Shown piece after piece: positions 26,863 to 41,100 of a stretch of DNA of 64,000 nucleotides; positions within the stretch are counted from its first letter, which is position 1; the number at the start of each line of letters is the position of its first letter. Below the pieces are notes generated by a model, which saw nothing but the letters and a program-made list of their open reading frames with translations, did no database searches and had not been told where the DNA came from. The position numbers and the translations under genes are program-made. Source of the DNA: Paraphysomonas bandaiensis (lineage: Eukaryota; Protista; Chrysophyceae); NCBI GenBank assembly GCA_965644295.1, contig CBFFRP010000398.1, forward strand, positions 50,649 through 114,648, in the 5' to 3' direction.

Positions 26863-28894
26863 ATTCGTAATAGATCACGAGGGTATGCTACGACTTACTG
26901 TCTGCACTGTGTGGCAAGTGAGAACTCCATACACACATACATACATAAGAACAGTGAGATCCAAGCAACCATATTCCATATACAGGTACATACAGTACAA
27001 ATACTGGCAGTTCTGTGTGGAGGAATATGTCGATTCAACAAAAAAATCGACCTTTTTTTCGTTATTAGTGAAATATATCGTCATCAAAAAACACCATGCA
27101 TCGAAAAAGCCTGGATTTTTTTGCAATCGATATACAGTGTAGTGAGTATACGATATCTAGATATCTCTCTGCTCCAGCACCCTTTGCACTGCATATGATA
27201 CACTTGTCATAGTCATATGCTCAAACAATGATACATTTCACATAAACACACTGGGTTACCAATAGAACATGCTATTCTGGAGGTGTGGGGTCCAACCTCT
27301 ACAAGTTTTGGTGGGAATTCGCTTGTAAGATTGCAATTGTTATCCTGCATCAAAATTCACAGTTATGGAGAGCTCCTGAACTGACTGTGAGGTACATAGC
27401 AGAGACCAGTTGCTGAAAACAATGTTGTGATATAGCAAAGATGAGACTGTGAGTTCTGATTCTGGATTCATTAATAAACGGTCAAGAAATATGCACAGGT
27501 CACTATAGGAGGACATGACCCAAATTGTCCCTTCCTTGTTACACTTAATGACCCACATACCCCCAATTCAAAGAATCGTGATCATTCTTAATATTTGAGT
27601 GATATGAAAACTTGATACGGAGTTTCATCATTGTTTTGTTGGAATTACGTTCTTTCATAGCTCTTCGTTGTATAGACGGATGGCCCCAAAACCCGTACAA
27701 CCACGGGTGTAGTTGTCCTATGTTGCAGTAAACTTTACCTCAATGACTGTTGATGATATTTTATAATGGTTTGATTAATATAAGTAATCTTTGATGAAAT
27801 ATTAAGGCCATATTGAATGGAATTGCTACTTTGCAGATGCAATATAATACGCACCGATGTCACTTGTGACGCAATGTCGTATGATATGCTACCAATCAAA
27901 TTGGATGTTTGTAGTGAGTTATTATAACTAATTTAATATCATTTTCATGTTCATGTCATTATGTCTTTCATTGTTGGTCTGGAATTGTGATTATATATAG
28001 ATAACTTATGTGACCGTGTAAATATGGTGCACAGGAAGTAACAGCCAGAAAACAGTAAAATCAACGAGGTTAGGACGCACAACAGGTGAGTCAGCGGCAC
28101 TTCATATGGATATTCAATTGCTGTCTACTTCAACTTGTCGCAAACAATATGGCGACAGCTTTCAGCGGCACGGCTGGCTCACCTGTTATTTGGTGTACCA
28201 CTATCCCCCTACCAGTGGAAACGCCACGGTGCCGCCTCTGCCAGCTTCTTCTCTGCTCCAGGCCCAACTAGCGGCCCTCTATGTTTATTCCAAACAAAGA
28301 ATCGCATAAAAAGAAGAGTGTCTCTATCATTCCCACGGCGAGGGCGCCAGTGATCGAGTACTGCAGTGAGATATGTTCCGCACTACCAGTGCATCATGTC
28401 AGTCGCTATGCAGTTGAATATACTACTGCTCCAGGGCACCTAAGCAATCATCTTTATCTTGACATCACAGTCCTACGCCACATACATATATACATACCTA
28501 CGTGTCATATATTCAACCGATATCTCATGGAATTCAGATTCACAATATGTGGTACTTGGTCGATTTCATGAACACACTGAATCCTGAAATTGGAGTACTT
28601 GAAGCTTCCGATCTGGACAGGTTCTTTAATTTTAGATGATGGAGTGACTTGTTTGGAAACACAGATTGCTGCCTTTGTCAGCTGAGGAGTGCTCTCCTTC
28701 AAGTGAAGTACAGCACATCTGCGAACTAATAGATTTTTGCCAATTATACTGTGAGGTATAGAATATTGAACCAGTAATTTCAATTTACGTGTCAAGCTAT
28801 GACACAATTGGATGGTTTACTAAGTTAACTTGACGTGTATTCACTCATTAAGTTTGTTATCTCCTCTCATTTATCAATTTCATGTTATCTCTAC

Positions 28895-29017
28895 CAGGGC
28901 CTGGTAACCATTAATGGTAATGGTCATTATAATTGCCGGGACATTTTTCATTAATGCCATTACAATTGCCGGGAACTGGACTACCATTAATGGGCCATTA
29001 ATGGTTATCAGGCCCTG
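28895..29017. mobile_element. 123-bp hAT-type MITE
   Basis: TIR CAGGGCCTGGTAACCATTAATGG / CCATTAATGGTTATCAGGCCCTG. Perfect 8-bp TSD ATCTCTAC at 28887-28894 and 29018-29025. Confidence 0.93.
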
Positions 29018-29060
29018 ATCTCTACGACCAATCATTTCTCGTACGATCTTACATTGTCAC

Positions 29061-30669
29061 CAGACTTGCGTAACCATTAATGGTAATGGCCATTAATGGC
29101 CATTAATGGCCTTCCCCCATAAAATGGAAAAAAAGCAATTCATTAATGGCCATAAAAATGGGGGAGAGATGTAGTGCCCATTAATGGCCATTAATGGCAA
29201 TATCCATTAGTTAGTATCCTGTCAGCATCATGTAAGAATACGTGACAAGCCACGACCTTCCGGTGCATTATTAGTTATTAATATATTATATACGTATTTA
29301 AGTCATTTAAACAATCTGTTTTAAGAATTCATATAAATTCTATTGATGTGATAACATCACAATCATGTTGTGAATGTTAACATGAATTGATTGTACCACC
29401 TTCTTTTCTAGTTTTAAATTCACAGCCCAGCCACTTGTCAGCATAAGCAATAAGAACTTTATGTAATATATTATAATACAAAAAGGTAAAGATATGTAAA
29501 GACTGTGAGTATATAGTGTATAAGCAATAAACGGAGACGTTTAAACCCTAATTTAAACGAGAAGAAATTACAACACGAGTGGCTCGATCATATTTGCAAT
29601 GTGTAGGTGGCAACGCATATATAATGTAATGAACAATATTGCATTTTTAATACTTATTAAATCGCCATTTGCTCCTGTGGCTGCTTATGCTGCTTGTCTT
29701 AGGAATGACACACGCTGGAACTCTGTCCATCATTCATGGAAGCGGTATTTGTTACTTTCTCCTGTGTTGACTTGTGAAAATTTTAATGACGATGTTACTG
29801 ACTTACTACCTTCTGTACCACAGCACCGACGGATCGCGCAAGTAACATCAGACCTTGCTAAGTGCAACGAAGTCGCATTGATGCTGCAGAAATCGTCTGT
29901 AGATCATTATGTTGTGCGTAGCATGTTCGACAAACTTATTGAAAACTTTCCAGATATGGAACAGTATCTTTTTGCTAGTGCTACCATTACAACTGACCCA
30001 TTATTCGAGAGAGCTGTTGTGAAGATCCAAAGCCAACTGGAGAATACTCTGACTGTTGCAGAATCTAAAACCGTTAAGGGCTATCTCCTTGCGGCTCATA
30101 AGGATGACGATAGCAGTGGCGATGATGAAACGGGGGAAACAGGAGGATTTGCTGTGGATATAGTGAGAGAAGCTGTGGCAAAAAAGGCAAAGAACAGCAG
30201 GAGAGCTACTAAATATCGCTCCATGAATCATTTGGTGACGACTTCCAATATTGTTGAGCGATTATTTAGCAGAGCAAAACTTATTATGAGAGACCAGCGC
30301 AAGCTAATGGAACCCCAACATTTGGAGCTGCTACTCTTTTTGCGTTGCAACAAATTCTTATGGAACGAAGTTACCATTGATGATATTATAGTTGCTGATG
30401 ATGTTTAAGAATATTGTTCGCATTAGCTATCTGACCTGACTGTAACATGGGAACGAACTGCTCATCATTGCTGTTAAATAGCTAGTACTTAGTCTAATTA
30501 TTAACACTTTCCATTTACTTCTTTCTAAAAAGCAATAAAGCAATAGTAATCAAACCATAAATGGTCCATTAATGGCCATAAAAATGGTGGGATTTTTAAA
30601 ATTAATGGCCATAAAAATGGGGGAAGCGATGCGTCGCCATTAATGGCCATTAATGGTTACGCAAGCCTG
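29061..30669 (+). mobile_element. Non-autonomous (internally deleted) hAT DNA transposon
   Basis: 23-bp TIRs CAG(A/G)CTTGCGTAACCATTAATGG. 8-bp TSD ATTGTCAC at 29053-29060 and 30670-30677. Subterminal CCATTAATGG repeats at both ends. Confidence 0.95.
29599..30408 (+). pseudogene. C-terminal half of a hAT transposase
   Basis: TRWNS motif and C-terminal TSNIVERLFSRAK...LELLLFLRCN block. BED finger and first catalytic Asp residues are missing. Confidence 0.88.
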
Positions 30670-31284
30670 ATTGTCACTATCTTGTATGATCAATATATTA
30701 TATTCAGTTTCATTACTACAGTAGCTATCATGTTGTTATTTCTCATAATACTGTTAACCACTACCCACTACTGTATTCTTTGCCTAACGGTCATAATTCC
30801 AATACCTTAGAATTGCAGATTTTAGTTGCTCCAAAACAGCAAAACTCAACATTACGGTCTAAGATCTAAGAAGTTCACTATTTTAATATCTCGTGAAGGA
30901 TTAGCAGGACCACTCAACAATATATTATATAATAGCAAACACCTTGTGCATTGTACACATTACTAACAGGGCGCACTTCATTTGAGTCGAGTTAGAATTG
31001 ACTGTTTTTTCATTCATATCAACAGCGTTTTCCATTTTTTGTGCAATGATGATATAATTTAACGAGCAAAACAATATATTCTACAATATGTTGCTATAAA
31101 ATATATTGTCCCTTAGCCCTTCCTTAAACTAAACCGTTTTTGAAAATAGGCTTATCTGAGAAACAATGGAGTACACATTGCTAATAATATTCGCCAACAA
31201 TAACATGACCATGAAAACATATTTCCTTTCTCTGCCTACTTAGGGTTCACCTACATACCTAACAACACTTAATCCAGAGAACAA

Positions 31285-34200
31285 TTAAAGCATAACGTTA
31301 TCCTCCCCAATCAGTCTGCCGATCTTGTCGACAATAGTTCCACCACCAGGGCTATTAGCAACTTCGCGCCAACCCTTCACAAAGTCATTGTGATAGAGGC
31401 AACCATTGTTGTCCTTGTCGAACCTACGTACAGGAATATCACACACGTTCAGAGAAAAAACTTATGGTAACGATATGCAACACTACATAAGCAGAGCTTT
31501 CCACATTAAACGTACTTTTGAAACATCTGCATCTCCTTGAATAGGTTGCCCTTCTCACCCGTGATGAGGCGGAATATGGTGCTGAACTGCATCGGATTCA
31601 ACGAGGGCTCATTGTCGTCCACCCGACGCGCGTATGAATGGAAGCAGCGCTCCAGTTGTTCGTCGGTGGTAATTGATCCCTCGGCGGTCACACGACTACG
31701 TTCGGCCTCTTTCTCAAGCCTCTCCGCCCGTGTACCCAGCTTACGGCCCATATCCTTGAGAGACGGACGACGACTACCCAGGGTGCGACCGGTGGATCCA
31801 GACACATCAGTCGACATAGAAGCTCCAGCAGTTGACGTAGTGGACTCCGCACGCGAACTTCCACCCACAGTCTCCACCTACATATAGTCACATTAGCATG
31901 TATTACTATTAAACCAGAATTATATAAATGCACACGTAAATGGAACGCCACAAACCTCGTGTGCCCCAATGTCGTCATCATCGAAGTCCTCTCCTGCATC
32001 TGCGCCCTCCTCGTCACTATCTGGTGCAAGGTTAACCCCTTCTATCTCTTGTACCAGCTTTTCCTCTTCCTCGGTGGAAGCCGCTGTTGCTGCCATTTCA
32101 GCATCCAATGCCGCTGCCTCCGCAGCAAGTCGAGCATTTTCCTCCTCGACTCGACGTGCCTCCTCCACTTTGAGTCGTTCCAGAAGACGTCGCGCCTCTT
32201 CCACCTCAGGCCCACAGTATTTGATTGATTGGGCAGTCTCAATAGCTTCCTCCAGTGAAGGAGCCATTTCGTAGGCAATAGCGGAGTTGAGAATGCCCTT
32301 AATCTCCTCAATCATCGCCTTCTCCTTTCGTAGAGCCATCAGCTGGGCTCGTGCATTGTTAATCAAGTTCTGGTCAACAGATGCCTCTTCACCAGCATGG
32401 AGAGCTGATGCCAAGGTGTCACAGTTGTCCATAGTTGCACTCTCCGATGCTACAATCAGGGCATTTTCCGCATCTGCCCGGGCTTGGCGTACAGCTTCTT
32501 CACGGGCTTGCACAGCGGCCAAGTGCTCTTTTGCTTGCACTAGCACAGGAAGATCGCTCTCCACTTCCTCCATGCCCTCCGCCCGCTTAATGGCAGCGGC
32601 TAACGCAGCGCTGTCGTCCTGACTCATCGCAGCAGTCAGCAGGCCACACGCCTCATCCACTGCCTTCTGCTTTCTATCAGCGGCTTCTAGTTTCAATCTC
32701 TCCTCCTCAGCCAGGGCTGCTCTGCGCCGTGCTTCTTCTTCTGCAGCCTTTCGCCGGGCTTCCTCCTCTGCTCTGGCTTTAGCCTCGGCCTCCTCCTTTT
32801 GCCTCTTAGCTTCAGCTTCTTCACGAGCTCTAGCCGCAATCGCTTCTTCCCGGGCCCGCTCTCTCGCCTCCTGCTCCTCTACCCGCTTCCTCTCTATACT
32901 TAGAATGTGGGCACCTCCGTTAGCAATGGCAATAGCGTGATAAAGGGTGGACGCCCAATCCATCATTTCATCCATAGTCACTCCCTGCATCACCAAAGAC
33001 GTGACACCAGAAACCACCCGGAAGCAGAAAAACTTTCCAGTCTCTGCAGATGACATAAGAGATACAGCACTACCCATCAGGGGGACGTCCCCTTTCACAG
33101 GTGCGTCCGGGCTCTCGTTCTCTTTATACACAAGTCGGCCTTCTTCCAATACAAAAAATCGCTCCTTCCAATTTTTCTGTGAGTTGCCCCGGCGTTGTCT
33201 GGAGAGTTTTACCAGATAACCACTCTTCCTTGGTGCCCGTCGGAATCCCAGATGTAGCGGGGGCTTCCAGTTCTTGAGTTTCTCGATGGTCTGCGCATAG
33301 GATTTCAGGATACATGACTCGCCGTTAATAGATGTCAGTGCAGACCCAATCGATACTCCTGTCTCCCTGAAGTTAGATAACTTGACGAGCGCCCACTCTC
33401 CCGATCGCTCCAACACGACACCGAGAGGCTTGTCCTCATGGAACGATACGTCGTAAAATACATCTTCCTCAAGTTTAGACAGAGCGGCCTGTAGTAAAGG
33501 ATCGTCGCTCTCAGGTTGGGAGTTTGCTATAGATGACCGGATAGCATGAATCCATGCAGATGTACTCTCTCTTGAGTCTGACATCACATGTAGTACTTTT
33601 TTAGAAGTCACCAACTCAAACGCATAATGGCCAAGATTGGTCTCGAAAACACTGCAGTTGGGGTGAATCTCGTACAAATCAATCACCTCCATCTGTCCCT
33701 CTGCATTTTTTTCCATGACCAGGATCTCATTGGCTGTTAGAACGAAGTAGTACTCGTCCCATACGTCTCCACCTTTGGGAGGACGCATACGCAATTTCCC
33801 TCTCTTTGTCGCATTTTCGTAAGCATTCTCGATGCGTTCCACCGTCGCTTTCTCAACAGCTGCGAACTTATTCAGTATGCTCATGATGCCCTGCTTCCAG
33901 GCATTATACTCGTGATTATTAGAGTCAAAGCGCAGACCAAGACTACAATAAACAGTGAGAAAACAAAGACAAGCAGTGATAGTACGTACGTGGCGTTCGT
34001 GGAAGTGTCAGTGAGAGTGATACTGTGCTTATCATCGTTGGCTGCGATGGTGGTCTCTGGGGTGAGTTTCATCATTCCCTATATAGCATAATTAAAGCAA
34101 ATATTACAAATGTCCCATGAGGTATAAAGAGCACCTGAATCGCGCTCGTGTGTTCATGATCCTGATGCCAAGTGATGGCAGCATCATGCAATATGAAAAA

Positions 34201-34590
34201 CTTCCGAGATTTTCCTCTATCCACAAGACCGCCTTTCTTAGTAATATACCCCCGAATAGAGTTCTTAGCCTGCATGATAGATTCCTCTATGGCTGCCTTC
34301 CAAGCTGCTCTCTCATCGACATCTTTCGCAGCTACTATGAGTGTATGGAAGGGAGTGGTGACAGTGATACAGAAGGGCTTGCCCGGCATAGTAGACTCTT
34401 CTACAGAGGCTTCAGCAGTGAGTAGAAGATCTCCTTTAGCCTTATCAATAGAGTTATGGTCTACATAGTACGTCATGGTGTTCCCATTGAGCATGAAGTA
34501 TCTCTTCTTCCAGTTACGACCAGAGCCTTTGGCTAACTTGATTAGATAGCCTGATTTCACTATACTCGCCTCTAACTTAACAGCAGACAT
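31285..34590 (-). CDS. Multidomain scaffold: PH-PH-PH-PDZ-like-PH, charged helical region, C-terminal EF-hand; about 5 exons
   Basis: Four PH-like units (KSGYLIK..NWKKRYF, RGYITKKG, KRGKLRM..WDEYYF, KSGYLVK..NWKERFF), a KPLGVVL PDZ-like segment, an E/R/K/A-rich helix, and a terminal exon FDKDNNGCL...DF. Confidence 0.85.
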
Positions 34591-35327
34591 GATGCGGTTA
34601 GTAGAAGGGGTACGGGGTGTGTGTGTTGTTAGTGGAGGGGGAAGTAGACTGACTATATTAGAGTGAGGCAGTGTACTTGTATGTATGTATGTGTGTGTAT
34701 GTATAGTAGTGTGCTGTATACAGACATCTATTAGGATACACATCCAGCCCACATACAGCAGTGTATGTACAGTATATTCTTGGGTACATATCTACATGGA
34801 TCTACTGCTGGATCTACGTGTACAGCAGTCTATAGAAATTCCAAGCACTTTTGGTGCACTGATATGGCGTACGGCAGTATAGCTGCAGACGGTATACCGG
34901 TACATATGCGGCGTACTACTGAAGTACAGTGTACTGCTGTACGCTGTATGTATTTATGACCCGAAACTTCTAGAGTTTTTTTTAGTAAATAGGATACAAA
35001 TACAGTACACAGTATACAGTACATATACATGTATACCGTTGAAGAAATCTGCACTGAATGACATTCATATCTTCAACAGACACACTGAAAATCAGTATAT
35101 TCAAATTTCGTTCTAACAGTTTTTTTTCTCTCTGTACTGTGTACAGCTAGACAGCAGTGTGTGCTGTTGGTATGTACAGCTACATGTACGTCTATATATA
35201 TATGTATGTGTACAGCAGTGTACTGTACGTGTGTATGTGTATGTATGTATATATATGAGGAGATAGCAGCAGAGTGGCCCGCATAACAAGCTGAGAGAGT
35301 TATCACATAACAACACCATCCAAGCAC
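34591..35327. promoter_or_regulatory. Divergent promoter region rich in alternating purine-pyrimidine words (GTAC/TGTA/ATAC)
   Basis: Lies between head-to-head genes; the same composition recurs upstream of most genes in the window. Confidence 0.6.
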
Positions 35328-36031
35328 ATGTCAAAATCAAGATCAGCCCCTCGACCTGCTCGGGTACATAAGCCCCCCTTACAAGTGCATGACTGTTAAC
35401 CATAGTGTGTATAGGGCCCAAAGATTGAGCTCTCAGATGATCAGAAACTAGAGCTCAGAGAAGCCTTTGAGTTGTTTGATGCCGATAAAACAGGATCAAT
35501 AGACTTACATGAACTGAAGGTTCTCATGCGGGCACTTGGATTTGATGTGAAGAAGCCTGATATTGTCCGTATGGTTCATGATGTGGACCCCAATAATTCA
35601 GGATCTGTAGACTATCCACAATTCTTAGAGATCAGTATGTGTCATGGATTGTTACTGTAGTTTATGTTAATTATGTGGTATAGTGACAGATCGATATGCG
35701 GAAAGAAATCCTGAGGAGGAAATAATAAAGGCTTTCCAGGTTATCTGCACTCATGTAATAGCCCGTCGCAACTTATTGTGTTGTACAGTTGTTTGACGAT
35801 GACCACAGTGGACGTATAAGCTTACGTAACATGAAACGTGTTGCTCGTGAATTGGGCGAGAACTTGAGCGAAGACGAACTGCAGGCCATGATCGATGAGT
35901 TCGACAGAGACCAGGATGGGGAGATATCTGGAGATGAGTTTATGTAAGCATATATATGGCAAAGATTGTTACACTAAATATATCGGCTTTATTTGAATAG
36001 GTATATAATGAAACAGTCCACAATGTACTAA
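35328..36031 (+). CDS. CETN3: Centrin (centrin-3/Cdc31-like); 5 exons
   Basis: [59 protein letters not shown] and [14 protein letters not shown]. Confidence 0.92.
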
Positions 36032-37613
36032 GCGAAAACTGCTGGGGGTAATTGAAACGTCGTGGAATTATTTATTTGTAATGAGTCCAACCGTGCAGTT
36101 GCATGCATCATGGATCAATCAGTAGAAATCTCCTTTGCATGTTATATGATAATAATAAACCAACCTGTTTTCCTTCTATCAGTGGTGACACTATGTTATA
36201 CCTTCGCTTATATTTCTGGTTTGGGGTATATATATTCACATGCAAAAATGACACAATTACTACTGCATCTCCATCACTACTGCAAACTGTGATAAACTGT
36301 CAAAGATTGTGTTATGGTAGCATCCCTCAGCTTTAAAAAGTGAGATCTGGAGTAAGTATGTCAGGCTTCATACTCTCCAGAAAGAGGGTTTGACGCTTGG
36401 GCAACATGAGAGAGAAGATTCCATTCCCCCAGTCCGGTCTGCTGTTAGGGCTGGCAATATGGTCAACACGTCAATACTGTACACCTGCTCGCAGAATTGT
36501 GTAGCACACTGCATAAGATATTTGCACTTAGAATTGTCAGATATTTATAATAAATAAACAGACATCACGAATAACACATGATGTTACCGAATTCCGCGAT
36601 TCTTCGAATGTGAATAGAACCTTGATGCAAACCTAATTAATACAACTATATTTCAATTACGAGAACCAATCATACTGTTCATGTCGAAGTTTCTTGTCAA
36701 AAATAATGATATAATTAACGTAGCATGTTGAGTTTCGCTACTCGAGCTGTATTTTAAGGTATTTGAAGTTTGATCGTTTCATACTAATTCAGCAGTCGTG
36801 AATTCGTGAACGGTATAACATGATCTCGTAATATGACATGAATTGTATGCAAGATTGATAATAAAGACGGTATAAATTTAGTAAAAAGCAATGAACGATT
36901 TTGAGCACAATAATAATTGTTTATTGAGCGAGTTCAACATTCGAATACTCAGTTATTTCCAAAATTCGAATTGTGATATACCAGAGTACTTCATTGCAGT
37001 AGTGTCAATAGTACGTGAAGATAAGTTAGAACAGACATCTATCACATAGTTCTACGTCATAAACTCCCACATCAATTTCTGCATCACTAGCTAAATCAAC
37101 CTTTCCATTGAGAATGATGTGGTTTCTCTAATCCTGGTGATATGTGGGTTGAGAAAATTATACAAGTATCTATTAGATTGTATATATTTTTGATGTAATT
37201 ATTTGACAGGGAATATTACGCAGTGTTATTTGACGTCAGTGTTCAATAACCTATACCACATGAATGCGTCCTGGATACTCTGCGAAAACTATTTGTCCCT
37301 AATGTCTCTCACTCTGTAAATACCTCATCTTGTATCAATTACTATGAACCATTAAGTGAGGCGAAGTTCCACATCTTGTTCATCTGTCTAGCGTTGAACA
37401 CCACAACTTCGGGTGAACAAACGCTGCCATCGAAGAAGATTTTTATTCTTGTCATTAGGTCATCCAGTTTCCTAACCTGAGGTCCACCACATCGATGGAT
37501 TCGTCGTAGATGAAATCTTCGTTGCATTGTGAGGTCTTCATGATGGGGCATATATGTCATCTGACGACATGATTGTTAGATATATAGGTATGTGTGAGAT
37601 TCTCTCTGGGAAG

Positions 37614-37775
37614 AAACTAACGTGAGCCGCATATATAGTCAACAAATATTTTTCTGCCTACTCATAGCCAAATGCTTGTGTGATACAAGGAACACCAACA
37701 ATAAGTGTCGCTTCTGTAGACGTCTTTGAACCCTGACGAGTAAACAGGCATCCGGGAATATAGGCTATATTGTCC
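37614..37775. repeat. Dispersed repeat, uninterrupted copy; inverted copy at 57422-57476 plus 58139-58230
   Basis: GAAACTAACGTGAGCC...GAACACCAACAATAAG and CCCTGACGAGTAAACAGGCATCCGGGAATATAGGC match the reverse complement of the 57-58 kb segments. Confidence 0.85.
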
Positions 37776-38178
37776 CAAACACAATGCTCACTTGAGAAGA
37801 TGAAGAGTGATGTGATGCATTCATTGACTGCAGTCATTAATAGATGGGTGGAGAGTGGAGTAAATCTCTGGAATTGAATATTTTCGTTTATACTTCCAAC
37901 ACCTACTAGTCAACCTCGTCATTGTTAATCTCAAAATCGTTATTAATTTACGACGAGGTTGCCACACCAACATCGGTTGCATAATACACCCCAAACTCAA
38001 CAACCATTCCGATCTACCTTATTATAGTAAATATAAGAACTCTCAAATGTGACAAGTCCTTGACTCTGTGAAAAAAGTAATGCTAAAATTATTCTGTTCA
38101 CAAATATCACCTCATTTCAATATAGCAACACAATATTTGTACACCACATTCTATCGTATTCAGTAAACTAACGTAGGA

Positions 38179-41100
38179 CTATTTATTTGTCGTTAGAGCT
38201 TGCCATGCTCGGCTCGCATTGGCATGAGCCGACAGCACAGAGGGGTTGGAGTCAATGGCAGCTGCTGCAAGAACGGCTGAGACTCGTACAGACACGGCCG
38301 CCTGCTTAAAGAATTCAACACGCCCATCTCCTGCTCCGGTGTTATCAAAAAGCCTACATAGGGCTGACAAAGCAGCTACTCTGATCTGATGATATCTTGA
38401 GTCATTAGTTGCGAATCCCACAATATCTAAGTAAGTTTGTAAATCATTGGAAAGGAGGGACCAAGAAGCAAGCGATTCCAGCAACACAATGGCAGCTCGG
38501 CGCACGCTCCAAATTTCATGGTGAATAACCCCACAAACCCATTTTACAAGTTTGGAAACTGTAGCAGCCAGTGTCTCACTGCTTCCGTCGCACTCCACAC
38601 AAAGAGATGGGCTGGAGGGCCATCCACGAGCAGAAGCTTCTAGAAACTTCACACGCACGGCGGCGTCTGCTTTACTAACAACAATTTCACTTGGTTGTTG
38701 GGACGATGAGGTCGTGTCACCATTTTCCTCTGCATTGGGTTCGCTTATATCCTCAACGGCAGATATAATTGTTTCCTCGGTTCTCGAAGTGCTGGTATCA
38801 TGTGAGGTAGCTACAGAAGCAATTGTTACCGTAGGTAAGGCGGGTGATGACAGTTTCGCCCGCTTGGATTTAGAATTCACAGAGAATTCATCCCCGTATC
38901 TTCCACCAAACATGTCCACTGCAGCCCGCACAGGAGCTGGTCTCGACTTCCCCTCATCATCCACTGCTTTAGAAATCGCAATTGGAGGTTCAGTCTCTAT
39001 CCCAGTAATAGATGAGGGTATGCCCGCTGCGTGCCAGATCCGCGGGAGGAGTGGTACCGTGGCCTTGACACCTGAAATAGTCTGTGCTATCTGCCATGGA
39101 AGGGTGCTCATTGCAGTAGCAGCGGCAAGGCGGTACTGCCTTTCGCCCCTTTCGCTCTCCTGAAGGAGGAGAGTGAGAACGCCTGACCAAGAAACACGCC
39201 AAGACTTGCAGGCGGGGAGAATAGATTTGCTATCTTCCTTCAAAGGTACACTGGCAGTTGTGCCCTCCCATTCCTGAACTCGTTGTGTGATGGTGTCATT
39301 TAATCTAACTCGAGATTCCATATCCCCCAGGTGGATCAATACAAACGAGGAGCTCCGTGACACTAAAGTGGCTGCAACCAAATCCGATACATTTGCACTC
39401 GTGTCTACACACTGCGGACAGTGCGAAAGCAGTGCAGAGAGTGTGCGCAGTACAGCCTCTTTGCCCCGCCACATCTGTCCGGGAAGAGTTTTAAGCATTC
39501 CAACGAGAATTCCAGTCATGTTGGGTGCTAGAAGGCCACTTGGGAAAATAGAGATGAGGTCTTTCGTAGCAGCTAAAGCTTGTGTGCGCTGAGTCCAAGA
39601 AAGGCTACCCAGGAGGCTCTCAATTCCTTTTAAAACATCAGTTAGAACGGCTCGTAGTGCGGCCTCCCTTGTGCCGTGCGTAGACTGGACGGTGGCGTCT
39701 GCAAACAGCTTCTCCCACGGGGCTCGGGTATCATCATCCTACAGGCATGGATTAATAGTGCAAAGACATAACACAGTTGAAAACACCCACACCTCGATGA
39801 AACTGCCGAGGTACGAACTGCAGAGTACCCATCGCCACATCTCTGATTCCTCCTGCAGGGCATCCCCTGCTTTTGCTATGATCTGATGAATGCACTCACC
39901 AACCACTGCCACCATGTGTGTATCTGCATTATCTGCTTTGTCGTACATGTCCACAAGTTTTCGAATGATTTCCACAAGAAACTCCGGGCTGGTGACCTTT
40001 GACAAAACGCCAACTGCAGACAGCATCTCTCTGGTGAGGCTTGACGAGGATGGCGGAGTCGGGAGCAGGGACGAGAGAATAATCCGAAAGCACTTCTCGG
40101 TGGTCACTCGCTTAAGAGATTCCGGATAGGAACTGACAATGTGTACCAATGAGCGAACCGCTGCCACTCGTGTGGCAAGCCCAACTCCTTGTTGGGTCTG
40201 CATAGAGAGATTCAAAGCAATTTCTGGTACAATACCGGTAGTAGTTGGAGCACGAAGAGATTCGAGACAAGCATCCAAGGCATCTTGCAGTGGTGATAGC
40301 TGCGAGAGACGTAAGCGAGTGGACTCAAGGTCTTCATTAGATATATTGAGTCTTTCTGTATGAAAGCTCATGTACTCCAGTGTGCGAGGTTCCATGGCTG
40401 ACATGCTCTCAACTAAAACAGATATGAGTCGTATAAGGTGGTCTTTAAGACTTGATTTCGTAACTTTCACAATGCGCAGCAGCAATCCCATAGAAAACCC
40501 TCGACCTTCAGGACTCGGAGCGAGGAGACCTTTGTCCAACAGGATAGGTATAATGAAGGCTGTTGCATCATCCAGAGTACTCTCTCGATTGGCGGGATTT
40601 ATGGACACTGAGTCCTCGTTAACTTCAGGATTACACGCAGTCACCACCTGAGGAGACGACAACAATGATATCAATCAAGTGTATTAATATCTGATCCATA
40701 AGGTACCTGGTTGGAGAGCACTTTCATAAACCCAAGTGCTGCGATTCTGGTTGTGTCCCGTACATCATCCAGAACCCTCATACCCAAGTCCCAGAGCTGT
40801 GCTATACAAGGTCTAATCTTTCTCCAGGGACGCTGAGGTATGTAAACCTCCAGTGCAAGACAAGCAGACTCCCTCTCCCGCCACTGCCGACTAGTCAAGT
40901 TTGACGCTAGATATTTGAGAATCTCCTCGCATTGGGAACTCAGCAGAGATGACTCTTGTTCTGTAGGAACCAGAGTAGACCACAAAGTCCGCATGAGATC
41001 TCGAATAGAAGGAGTTGGGTCAAACCGAGTCATATACAGCATCGGTAATAGACGGCGGATCCTCTCCCGATCGAGTTTAATCACTGGCGACTTGTATTTG

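Noticed and set aside
27340-28810. Several short ORFs and a GC-richer patch
   Set aside because: No recognisable motif or consistent spliced frame; possibly a decayed gene or TE, but unsupported.
29075-29200. Clustered palindromic repeats resembling a CRISPR or operator array
   Set aside because: No regular spacers; they are subterminal repeats of a hAT element in eukaryotic DNA.
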